The notes below the pieces were generated by a model, which saw only the letters and a list, made by a program, of their open reading frames with translations, had not been told where the DNA came from and made no database searches. The position numbers and the translations under genes are program-made. A stretch of 64,000 bases of DNA from an uncultured SAR86 cluster bacterium (lineage in GTDB: Bacteria; Pseudomonadota; Gammaproteobacteria; Magnimaribacterales; Magnimaribacteraceae), in NCBI GenBank assembly GCA_902559365.1, contig CACEHP010000008.1, forward strand, positions 3,071 through 67,070. The letters run 5' to 3'. Positions 31,641-40,723 of this stretch are shown piece after piece. Within the stretch, counting starts at the first letter, position 1, and the number at the start of each line of letters is the position of its first letter.

Positions 31641-33713
31641 TTAGAATCTTCTAGTAATCGATAATCTTGCATTAACTTCCTCTCCTACTGACGCTTGATG
31701 CGTGCTGTGCGAATGTGGGAAGTAAACTTCATCAGTGATGTTTTCTATATTCAATCTCACAGTAAGATCTTCAGAAACATCGTAGTAAGCCGCAAAGTCG
31801 ACTCTTGTATAGTCAGGTAAAACTAATCCAGGTTTGTTGTTACTAATATTTGACTCTCCTTGTCTAGTAACACCTAAGCCATATCCAAACTTGTCATTAA
31901 CTTGGTATGTAGTCCATAAAGACATTGTGTTTTCAGGAATCTCTCTTGGCTCTCCACCCGAACTTGTCTCACCATCCATATTGCTGTAACCGAAGGAAAC
32001 AAATAGCTGATCGCTAACTTGCCCTTTAACTTCGAGCTCAATTCCATCTACTTGAAGTCCAACTATTTCAGCACCTTCTCCAGATTCATCACGTGTAGCT
32101 ATAGTTTGTTCACTATCAAAGTAACTCGCTCTTAAGCTTAGGTCAGGAGTAATATCCCAGTTAACACCAACTTCAGAGCTTTCATATACATCAGGATCTA
32201 AAGCTGCGGAGCTAGCAGTTAGCTTTTTGTACTGCTCACCTGATCTAGGTAAGAAACTTTCACTGTAACTCAAGTATAAAGACACATTATCTTGGGGCTT
32301 GAATATAATTCCTGCTCTAGGAGAAAATTCATCATCTTCTCTAGATTGCGATGATCCAGCCTTAATATCGTCGACTGTTATATCAAATTGATCTAAACGG
32401 CCTCCTAAAAGTACTATCAAATTATCAGAAAGATCAATTTGATCTTGGATATATATTGACGTCACTTCTATGTCAGTAGTAGTGCTGCTTTTCAGCTTAG
32501 TAGTGAAGTCAACACTAGTAGCAACTCCAGCTGAATTCGTAGCTATATTAAGAGGTCTAGAAACATTAAAAGATTCTTTATCTTTTTCTGTTGTTGACCA
32601 GTAAGTGTCATATCTAACATTTTTATTATCAGTATCGACTATTTCAGCACCTATTAAGAGTGTATGAGTGGCTCCTCCAATTTGGATTTCATTTACCAAG
32701 TTAGCAGAAATTATCAGATTCTCACGTTCTGTTGGATCTCTGTAACCATCGAGCGTAACTACATTAGCATCTAAATCGTACCCTGAGGCATACAGGTTTT
32801 GATACATCTTTTCAAACTCGCTGGATGTGACTGAAAAGATTCCTTTTGAGGTATCTGAGAAATCAGTTGTTAGGGTCCCTCTGAAGATATCAGCTTCAAG
32901 AGTGGTGATATTGATATCTGAAGTCCCGAACACTATATCCTTCAGTGCTTCAACTGGTTTGCCGTTAGCAGTTGGTATACCCCTATCAATAAATCTTTCA
33001 TGATCGGCGTATTCATAAGATAGATCTAAAGTAGTAGTTTCACTCATTTTAATTTTAACTGTTGGATTGAATCCAATACGATCACCATCGTACAAATCAC
33101 GATGATTTTCTAGGCTGTCAGTGTGTAAGTTAAAACGTAAAGCTGTATTATCACCAGTCGAAGTATTGTAATCAGCTGCAAAATCAAATGCTCCAAAATC
33201 ATCAGCACCTATATCAAATGAACCAAACTGTTCTCCAATTTGAGCTTTCTTTGTTACACGATTAATAATTCCACCTGTTCCACCTCTTCCAAATAAAAGA
33301 GCATTTGGTCCTCTCAGGATTTCAACTTGATCAACATTGTAAAGAGAGCGGTAATATTGAACATCATCTCTCGCACCATCTTGATAAAAATCAGCTGTGG
33401 ACCTGACACCTCTAAATACAACTGAGTCCCTATGACCTTCACCTTGTGAGGTATTAACACCAGACGTATAACGCACTATGTCAGCTATTTCTCTGATACC
33501 CTGTTTTCGAATGTCATCATCAGTAACGATAGACAGACTTTGTGGTACATCAATAATAGCTGTAGGTGTTTTAAGTGCTTTAACTTGATCTGAATAAAGT
33601 ACTTTACCTTTAACAACAATTTCTTCTATAGCTTCATCAGAATACAAACTAGCCGAAAAAGCTAGAGAGGAAATAGCTATCCCTTGGAAAAAAGTTCTTA
33701 CAAATCGAACCAT
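31641..33713 (-). CDS. TonB-dependent siderophore-type receptor (Fiu/PiuA-like)
   Basis: KTPTAIIDVPQS, VEILRGPNALLFGRGGTGG, C-terminal Phe; Fur boxes upstream. Confidence 0.92.
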   Translation of the reverse strand: MVRFVRTFFQGIAISSLAFSASLYSDEAIEEIVVKGKVLYSDQVKALKTPTAIIDVPQSLSIVTDDDIRKQGIREIADIVRYTSGVNTSQGEGHRDSVVFRGVRSTADFYQDGARDDVQYYRSLYNVDQVEILRGPNALLFGRGGTGGIINRVTKKAQIGEQFGSFDIGADDFGAFDFAADYNTSTGDNTALRFNLHTDSLENHRDLYDGDRIGFNPTVKIKMSETTTLDLSYEYADHERFIDRGIPTANGKPVEALKDIVFGTSDINITTLEADIFRGTLTTDFSDTSKGIFSVTSSEFEKMYQNLYASGYDLDANVVTLDGYRDPTERENLIISANLVNEIQIGGATHTLLIGAEIVDTDNKNVRYDTYWSTTEKDKESFNVSRPLNIATNSAGVATSVDFTTKLKSSTTTDIEVTSIYIQDQIDLSDNLIVLLGGRLDQFDITVDDIKAGSSQSREDDEFSPRAGIIFKPQDNVSLYLSYSESFLPRSGEQYKKLTASSAALDPDVYESSEVGVNWDITPDLSLRASYFDSEQTIATRDESGEGAEIVGLQVDGIELEVKGQVSDQLFVSFGYSNMDGETSSGGEPREIPENTMSLWTTYQVNDKFGYGLGVTRQGESNISNNKPGLVLPDYTRVDFAAYYDVSEDLTVRLNIENITDEVYFPHSHSTHQASVGEEVNARLSITRRF

Positions 33714-33761
33714 TTTTTACTCCCTTAAAGTTTATACATAAGTTCCAAGAATCATATTTTG

Positions 33762-33822
33762 TAAATGAGAATGATTATTAGATCGATAATGATTCTCATT
33801 ATAGATGAGAATCATTCTCAAG
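33762..33822. promoter_or_regulatory. Array of Fur boxes
   Basis: GATAATGATTCTCATTATA (33785-33803; 16/19 to GATAATGATAATCATTATC) flanked by AAATGAGAATGATTATTA and GATGAGAATCATTCTCA. Confidence 0.88.
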
Positions 33823-33875
33823 TGCAATACTTTTATAATATTTAGGTTACTAGTTAGAAGTGAGCAGAGTCAGTG

Positions 33876-34241
33876 TTAATGAGATTTTAGATCATTTTCA
33901 ATATCTTCATGATCACCCACCATAATATGTGCATCACTCTTAGTGACATATTTCTCAAGAATAGGAATAAATAATAAAGGCACGATACCTCCCAAAACTA
34001 TTCCTAATGCAGCTGATCTCATAGTCGGGTCAAGAAGAGACGCTATAAGATCTGCAAGTACATGGGCTATAACCGCCCCCACTATTCCAGCTATGTGTCC
34101 GTTAGATGTTCTCTTAAGAAGTCGATTTATACTCCAACCAGAGTAATAGCCAATAATTAAGATACCTACATGAACTAAACCAAAAACGAAGCCTCTTAGA
34201 AGACCTTCTTCTAAACCGAAGGATGCAACGATTGCATCCAT
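33876..34241 (-). CDS. Small 3-TM membrane protein, hypothetical
   Basis: 121 aa with three hydrophobic helices; TAATG coupling to the lysC stop. Confidence 0.75.
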   Translation of the reverse strand: MDAIVASFGLEEGLLRGFVFGLVHVGILIIGYYSGWSINRLLKRTSNGHIAGIVGAVIAHVLADLIASLLDPTMRSAALGIVLGGIVPLLFIPILEKYVTKSDAHIMVGDHEDIENDLKSH

Positions 34242-35470
34242 TAAGTATCTAGCTCTTTATCTAAGTCAAAAGCATTGTGGAGGGCCTTAACTGCTTTTGT
34301 CATTTCATCCTTTTTAATTACTACAGATATTTTTATCTCAGAGGTTGTAATCATTGAAATGTTAATTTCATTTTTCGCCAAAGTCTGAAACATCTTACTA
34401 GCAACTCCAGCGTGAGCTCTCATTCCTCTACCTACAATGCTTATTTTGGCTATCTCATCATCAACCTCGATTGATCCCCCTCCCAATGTCTGAGATGTTT
34501 TTTGGAGAATGTCTTCAGCTTTTTTAGCATCACTTTTATCAACTGTGAATGTGAAGTCAGTGTTATTATCTGCACTAATATTTTGGACGATTACATCAAC
34601 TTCAATTCCAGCCTCGCTAATTGGGCTCAAGATCTTTGCAGCAACACCTGGTACATCAGGAACACCCCTAATAGTAAGTTTTGCTTCAGAATCTATACTG
34701 CTTATCCCAGAAACAATTGGTCTTTCCATAATATTTTTCTCCTCTTGAACTAATGTGCCTTCACCTTCTTGAAAACTAGACAGAACACGTAGCGGTAAAT
34801 TAAATTTACTTGCATATTCAACGGCCCTTAACTGAAGAACTTTTGCTCCTGAACTTGATAATTCTAACATTTCTTCAAAACTTACCTCTTTCAATAATCT
34901 TGCTTTTTCACAAACCCTAGGATCAGTTGTAAAAACTCCATCGACATCGGTATATATTTGGCATTCATCTGCTTTTAAGGCTACAGCAAGAGCAACGCCT
35001 GTTGTGTCAGAACCACCTCTGCCTAATGTTGTAATATCACCTAATTCATTCATTCCCTGAAAGCCAGTAATTACAGGCACAACACCTTCATCAAGTTCTG
35101 AAGTTATCTTACTTACTTCAACATCTAGGATTCTGGCTCTGCTATGACTTGAGTTTGTTTTAATACCCAATTGATAAGCAGTATAAGATTTACCTTTTAT
35201 GCCTCTTTTAAGGAGAGCCATAGCCAACAAAGCAACAGAAATCTGCTCTCCAGTAGAGACCAAGGCATCATATTCTCTTAGATCAGGTTCAGGATTAATC
35301 TCTTTTGCTAAATCAATTAGATTATCAGTACTTTTACCCATTGCCGATAAAACCACAGTGACTTTATTGCCTTTTTGGATTTCAGCTTCAACATTATCAG
35401 CCACTGCTTCAATGCGTTCAGCATCAGCAACAGAAGTACCTCCAAATTTTTTTACTATTAATTTGCCCAT
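34241..35470 (-). CDS. lysC: Aspartate kinase
   Basis: KFGGTSV, TLGRGGSDTT, two ACT domains, TSEIKIS. Confidence 0.97.
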   Translation of the reverse strand: MGKLIVKKFGGTSVADAERIEAVADNVEAEIQKGNKVTVVLSAMGKSTDNLIDLAKEINPEPDLREYDALVSTGEQISVALLAMALLKRGIKGKSYTAYQLGIKTNSSHSRARILDVEVSKITSELDEGVVPVITGFQGMNELGDITTLGRGGSDTTGVALAVALKADECQIYTDVDGVFTTDPRVCEKARLLKEVSFEEMLELSSSGAKVLQLRAVEYASKFNLPLRVLSSFQEGEGTLVQEEKNIMERPIVSGISSIDSEAKLTIRGVPDVPGVAAKILSPISEAGIEVDVIVQNISADNNTDFTFTVDKSDAKKAEDILQKTSQTLGGGSIEVDDEIAKISIVGRGMRAHAGVASKMFQTLAKNEINISMITTSEIKISVVIKKDEMTKAVKALHNAFDLDKELDT

Positions 35471-35491
35471 AAAAAAGGCGAGTATTCTATC

Positions 35492-38284
35492 TTATTGATT
35501 AGTTAAAGAAACAATTAAGTCGGCTACTGAAGTTAAAGCCATATCTAAATCATCGGTATTATCTACCCCACCTTGAGCGAAGTCTGGTCTTCCTCCTCCA
35601 CTTCCACCTAATTGATTAATTAAATGTTTCATTATTTCTCTGGCATCAATATCGACATCCTTTGAACAGGCTACGATTGTCGGTGCTTTGTCATCAGTGA
35701 TTGAAATCAGAGCTATTATGGTGTTGGGGCTTTTATTTCTTAATCTGTCGGCTATTTCTCTGAGTTCTTTTGCATCGATTCCTTCAAATATATTTGTTAT
35801 TAATTCATAACCTTCAACTGCAAGTGAATTACTGATGAGACTTTCTACTGATGATCCAATGTCCTGTGATTGGATTTCTTTTGACTCTCTTAGTAATGAC
35901 TTATTCAAAGCTACTAAACCCTCCAAGGCATCAATACAATTTTCGAATGTCTTAAATTCAGAAGTCTGATTTCCTAAGACTTTATTTAACTCAATATTTT
36001 CTTCTTTAATTTGAGTGATTTTTTTTAAAACCTGGTCATTAGAGCAATTAAGAATTTTTGAATAAGCGGAGATTTCGTCTTCTAAAAAGCGAATATAATT
36101 TAAAACCTCAACACCATCCCTGGAGTCGAAATCGTCAACTAGAAGTTCGTTGCTAATGGCCGAGTATTCTTGCTCCAACTCATCTAATAAGAAATTAGCA
36201 CCATCACCTGTTACGGCTTCAATCCTTCTGACTCCAGCAGAAATTCCAGATTCAGATATGATCTTCATCACACCTATTTCACCTGTTCTGTCTACGTGAG
36301 TACCCCCGCAAAGCTCAATAGAAAAACCGTTTCCTATATTGAGAACCCTAACTTCATCTCCATACTTATCTCCAAAAAATGCAACGGCACCTCTCTCCAT
36401 AGCTTCATTTATTGGAAGTACTTCAGTTATCGACTCTAGATCTTTTGTTATTTCTGAATTAATCAGATCTTCTATGGCTTCGAGGTCATCAGTTTGAATA
36501 GAATTATTATGAGCAAAATCAAATCTCAATCTAGATTCTTCAACCAAAGAACCCTTTTGCTCTACATGATCACCCAACACACTTCTAAGAGCAGAGTGCA
36601 ATAGGTGAGTTGCACTGTGATTGCTTTTTATTCTATTTCTGTGGGTTGTGTTAATTTCAGCTGTTACAGAATCATTTTTATTAAAAACTCCTGATTTAAC
36701 ATGGCCTAGATGAAGAAATTGATCTCCCTTTTTTTGGGTATCATGAACTTCGAAAAGTGAATTATCAGACTGAATAAATCCTTTATCTCCTACTTGACCT
36801 CCAGACTCAGCATAAAATGGGGTCTCATCAAGAAGTATGAGTCCTTCTTCCCCTTCTCGTAATTCATCCTTATTACCTTCTTCGGAGCTAGAAATAATCT
36901 CTACTATCTTCGAGGATGTTGAATCGGTATCGTATCCTAAGAAGGCAGTTTCGCCTTCGATGTTTAAAGATTCTGGGATGAGTGTGTTGAAGTTGCTCGA
37001 TGATCTAGCTCTTTCTTTTTGTTCCAGCATTAAGGCTTCGTATTCGTCTAAATCAACTATTAGATCCCTTTCGCGTGCAAAATCAGCAGTCATATCTACA
37101 GGAAATCCATAAGTATCGTAAAGTTTGAAAACGATATCACCTGGAATTTCGTTGTCTTTTAAGTCCTCAACTGCAGATTCAAGTAATTGCATACCCTGCT
37201 CTAAAGTAGTGGAAAACTGTTCTTCCTCTTTAAGTAAATTAGCTTTAATAATATCTGAGTTTTTTACAAGTAAGGGGTAAGCAATACCCATTTTTTCTTC
37301 CAAAATATGTGCGAGCTTAGAGAGAATTCCATCTTTCATTCCAAGTTTGTGAGCATGTCTAAGGCCGCGTCTTATAATTCTGCGCAAGACATATCCTCTT
37401 CCTTCATTAGAAGGCACAACGCCATCTGCAATCAGGAACGAAGAGGCTCTTAAATGATCTGATATTACTCTTAGCGAGGGGTTTGTTAGGTCATTCTCTC
37501 CACTAAGTTTTGCCGCTTCTTGGACTATAGACTTCAGAATATCAGTATCATAATTATTGTTTTCATTTTGTAGGACAGCTGCCATTCTTTCCAAGCCCAT
37601 TCCTGTATCAACACAAGGATTCGGAAGAGGACTTAAACTACCATCTTTACTTCTATCAAATTGAGTAAATACAAGATTCCAGATCTCTACAAATCTATCT
37701 CCTGGTTCATTTCCTAATTTAGGAGGATCTCCTTCAAGATGGTCGCCGTGATCATAATAGATTTCGCTGCAGGGACCGCACGGACCAGTATCTCCCATAG
37801 TCCAAAAATTTTCTTCGTCATCTAATCTAGAAACTCTCGCAGGATCAACTCCAACTTTATTTATCCATATATCTTCTGACTCATCATCACTTTCGTGAAC
37901 AGTGATCCATAACTTTTCCGGAGAGATTTTGTATCTTTGGGTTAATAATTCCCAAGCAAATAAAATTGCGTCCTCTTTAAAATAATCTCCGAAACTAAAG
38001 TTTCCAAGCATTTCAAAGAAAGTATGGTGTCTTGCGGTATAGCCTACGTTATCAAGATCATTATGTTTCCCTCCGGCTCTAATACATCTTTGGGAACTAA
38101 CAGCGCGAGTATAACTTCTATTTTCAACACCCAATAGTAAGTCTTTAAAAGGAACCATACCCGCATTAGTAAATAGCAATGTTGGGTCATTAATTGGAAC
38201 AAGAGAGGCACTTTCTACAAGAGTATGTTCTTTCTCTTGAAAGAAGTCTAAGTAGATTTTTCTTATCTCGTCAGTAGAGAGCAT
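35492..38284 (-). CDS. alaS: Alanine--tRNA ligase
   Basis: DPTLLFTNAGM, HHTFFEMLGNFS, HSATHLLH, ELCGGTH, GGGRPDFAQGG. Confidence 0.98.
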   Translation of the reverse strand: MLSTDEIRKIYLDFFQEKEHTLVESASLVPINDPTLLFTNAGMVPFKDLLLGVENRSYTRAVSSQRCIRAGGKHNDLDNVGYTARHHTFFEMLGNFSFGDYFKEDAILFAWELLTQRYKISPEKLWITVHESDDESEDIWINKVGVDPARVSRLDDEENFWTMGDTGPCGPCSEIYYDHGDHLEGDPPKLGNEPGDRFVEIWNLVFTQFDRSKDGSLSPLPNPCVDTGMGLERMAAVLQNENNNYDTDILKSIVQEAAKLSGENDLTNPSLRVISDHLRASSFLIADGVVPSNEGRGYVLRRIIRRGLRHAHKLGMKDGILSKLAHILEEKMGIAYPLLVKNSDIIKANLLKEEEQFSTTLEQGMQLLESAVEDLKDNEIPGDIVFKLYDTYGFPVDMTADFARERDLIVDLDEYEALMLEQKERARSSSNFNTLIPESLNIEGETAFLGYDTDSTSSKIVEIISSSEEGNKDELREGEEGLILLDETPFYAESGGQVGDKGFIQSDNSLFEVHDTQKKGDQFLHLGHVKSGVFNKNDSVTAEINTTHRNRIKSNHSATHLLHSALRSVLGDHVEQKGSLVEESRLRFDFAHNNSIQTDDLEAIEDLINSEITKDLESITEVLPINEAMERGAVAFFGDKYGDEVRVLNIGNGFSIELCGGTHVDRTGEIGVMKIISESGISAGVRRIEAVTGDGANFLLDELEQEYSAISNELLVDDFDSRDGVEVLNYIRFLEDEISAYSKILNCSNDQVLKKITQIKEENIELNKVLGNQTSEFKTFENCIDALEGLVALNKSLLRESKEIQSQDIGSSVESLISNSLAVEGYELITNIFEGIDAKELREIADRLRNKSPNTIIALISITDDKAPTIVACSKDVDIDAREIMKHLINQLGGSGGGRPDFAQGGVDNTDDLDMALTSVADLIVSLTNQ

Positions 38285-38293
38285 ATGCTTCTA

Positions 38294-38995
38294 TCAGAAT
38301 ATTTCAGCAAAAAAATTCATCATCGACTGCCAAGATCTTCTGTCAGCATTTTCATTATACTGAGTGCCCAAATTGGGATCATTTGCCTCTTGATTAGTAA
38401 AGGCGTGGTAAGTATTTCCATAGCTATGGAGTTGCCAATCAGCTTCTGCTTCTGTCATCTCTTTTTGAAAGTCGTCAACCATTGATAAGGGTACCATTGG
38501 ATCTCTTTCTCCATGCAAAACGAGAACTTTAGCCTTTATGCCGTTATCTGCAATATCTGAACCCATTAGGAGCCCATGAAAACTTACGACTCCATTAATA
38601 TCTGATCCTGATCTGGCAAGATCCAAGACGACCAAACCACCAAAACAATAACCGATAGCTGCTATCTTACTTGAATCTACTCCTTCGATTTCTTTACCTG
38701 CTTCTAAAGCAGAATTGATGACAGATTTTAATTTCTCTCTATCTTCTACAAGAGGAGTCATCAAAGATTGATTTTCTTCAGTTGAGGTTCCTACTTTAGC
38801 GTCTCCATACATATCTACTGCCATTGCCACATAACCCTCTTCTGCAAGTTCAATAGCTTTTTTTTCTACAAAATCATCTCTTCCAGCCCATGAAGGTGCT
38901 ATCAGGATTAGAGGAGCAGATTCTTTCTCTGGGTTAGCCACGAAGGCTCTGTATTCCTGATCGCCGCATTGATAATTTATTTCTTGAGTCTTCAT
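38294..38995 (-). CDS. Dienelactone hydrolase family protein
   Basis: GYCFGG, SFHG, HAFTN. Confidence 0.9.
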   Translation of the reverse strand: MKTQEINYQCGDQEYRAFVANPEKESAPLILIAPSWAGRDDFVEKKAIELAEEGYVAMAVDMYGDAKVGTSTEENQSLMTPLVEDREKLKSVINSALEAGKEIEGVDSSKIAAIGYCFGGLVVLDLARSGSDINGVVSFHGLLMGSDIADNGIKAKVLVLHGERDPMVPLSMVDDFQKEMTEAEADWQLHSYGNTYHAFTNQEANDPNLGTQYNENADRRSWQSMMNFFAEIF

Positions 38996-38997
38996 AT

Positions 38998-39522
38998 TTA
39001 TTTCTCCATTAATTCAAGTTCCTCTTTGAACCTTTTAGAATTTTGCACGTAATGTTTTGCTGAAAGAATTAGACCTTGTTTCTGATCTTCATTTAACTCT
39101 CCTTTGATTTTTCCTGGAGAGCCCAATACTAATGAACCATCAGGTATTTCCATTCCTTCGGTGACTAGAGCGTTAGCTCCTATTAGGCACCCTTTTCCAA
39201 TTTTTGCTCCATTTAGAACTACAGAATTTATACCTATCAAACTTCCATCTCCAATAGTGCAACCATGTAACATTACTTTGTGGCCAATTGTTACGTCTTT
39301 TCCAATGTCTAATGGAAATCCTAAATCTGTATGCAATACAGAGCAATCTTGAACATTTGAACCCTCTCCAATTGTAATTAGTTCAGTGTCACCTCTCAAA
39401 ACAGCCCCAAACCATACACTGGCATTTTCGCATAGTCTCACTTTACCAAGAACTGTTGCTGAATCTGCTACATAAAATTCACCATCAGTGATAGGTTCAT
39501 GTTCTCCTAATCTATAAAGCAT
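38998..39522 (-). CDS. Gamma-carbonic-anhydrase family protein
   Basis: Hexapeptide repeats, [17 protein letters not shown]. Confidence 0.92.
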   Translation of the reverse strand: MLYRLGEHEPITDGEFYVADSATVLGKVRLCENASVWFGAVLRGDTELITIGEGSNVQDCSVLHTDLGFPLDIGKDVTIGHKVMLHGCTIGDGSLIGINSVVLNGAKIGKGCLIGANALVTEGMEIPDGSLVLGSPGKIKGELNEDQKQGLILSAKHYVQNSKRFKEELELMEK

Positions 39523-39536
39523 TCTATTCCCCTTTA

Positions 39537-40118
39537 TTAATTACCTTTTGATTTAAGATCTATTCCAGCATCTAAAGCTATGTTTAAAAAATCTACAGTC
39601 ATCATTGCGGTTAGCCCCCATATTATATAAGAGTTATATTCATAGGCAGGCATAAAAAAAATATCTCCATTCCTATTTATTTCATCATTTCTGTGCCTTT
39701 CGTCTCTTAAAAGAAATGATAGAGGGACTCTAAAACAAGCTTCTATTTCATCAGAATTATCATTTAGCTCTATGTCGTGTGGAACTACTCCTACATAAGG
39801 AGTAACACTAATATTAAATCTAGAGACAACTGTATCTATGGGACCTAGAATTTCTACTTTCTTCCTATCTAAACCAGTCTCTTCCTCTGATTCCCTTAAA
39901 GCAGTATTCTCAAGAGAATCATCCTGTTCTTCGTACATACCTCCAGGAAAGGAAACCTCTCCTCCGTGAGATCCAACCTTATTAGATCGAAGGGTATAAA
40001 TAAGTTCAGGGTCTTTAGAATCCGTAACTGCTATAAGAACAGCTGCTTTTCTTAACTCTGCTACAGGAGGTTTTCCGGAATAAGTTTGAATTTTGTCCGT
40101 AATTTTATCTAACATCAA
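39537..40118 (-). CDS. nudL: CoA pyrophosphatase (Nudix, NudL-like)
   Basis: [27 protein letters not shown]. Confidence 0.85.
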   Translation of the reverse strand: MMLDKITDKIQTYSGKPPVAELRKAAVLIAVTDSKDPELIYTLRSNKVGSHGGEVSFPGGMYEEQDDSLENTALRESEEETGLDRKKVEILGPIDTVVSRFNISVTPYVGVVPHDIELNDNSDEIEACFRVPLSFLLRDERHRNDEINRNGDIFFMPAYEYNSYIIWGLTAMMTVDFLNIALDAGIDLKSKGN

Positions 40119-40184
40119 TAAATGTAATATCTTTTTGAAGATAGTTTATACTTCCGGCGCCTTAAATCGAAATAAAATAAGAAA

Positions 40185-40721
40185 ATGAAATACTGCAGCG
40201 TATGCGGATCACTAACGGTAAAAAAGATACCAGAGGGTGATAATAGAGAAAGAGACTGTTGTGAGAATTGCGGTACCATCCACTACTCAAATCCCAAGAT
40301 TATTGTAGGAACTATACCCTTTAAAGACTCTTCAGTCCTGTTATGTAAAAGAGGTATTGAGCCTAGATATGGAAAATGGACTCTTCCAGGAGGTTTTCTT
40401 GAAAATGGCGAAACTGTTGCCCAAGGTGCATTTAGAGAGACTTTGGAAGAAACAAATACCGAAGTTGAAATGAAAGATCTCTATGCAATATTTAATGTTC
40501 CACAAATCAATCAGGTTTATATGTTATATCGTGCAAATGTTGTTTCTAATGACTACGCTCCAACTACAGAAAGTCTTGAGGTACAGTTTTTTAAAGAAGA
40601 TGAGATACCCTGGGAAGAACTTGCTTTTCCATTTGTACCTATAGTTCTTAAGAATTTCTTTTCGGACCTGAAAAAAGGTGAATTTCCCCTTACGACCCAC
40701 ACTATAGAACGAAAGAAATAA
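40185..40721 (+). CDS. Nudix hydrolase with N-terminal zinc ribbon
   Basis: CSVCG...CENCG, WTLPGGFLENGE...RETLEE. Confidence 0.9.
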   Translation: MKYCSVCGSLTVKKIPEGDNRERDCCENCGTIHYSNPKIIVGTIPFKDSSVLLCKRGIEPRYGKWTLPGGFLENGETVAQGAFRETLEETNTEVEMKDLYAIFNVPQINQVYMLYRANVVSNDYAPTTESLEVQFFKEDEIPWEELAFPFVPIVLKNFFSDLKKGEFPLTTHTIERKK

Positions 40722-40723
40722 AC

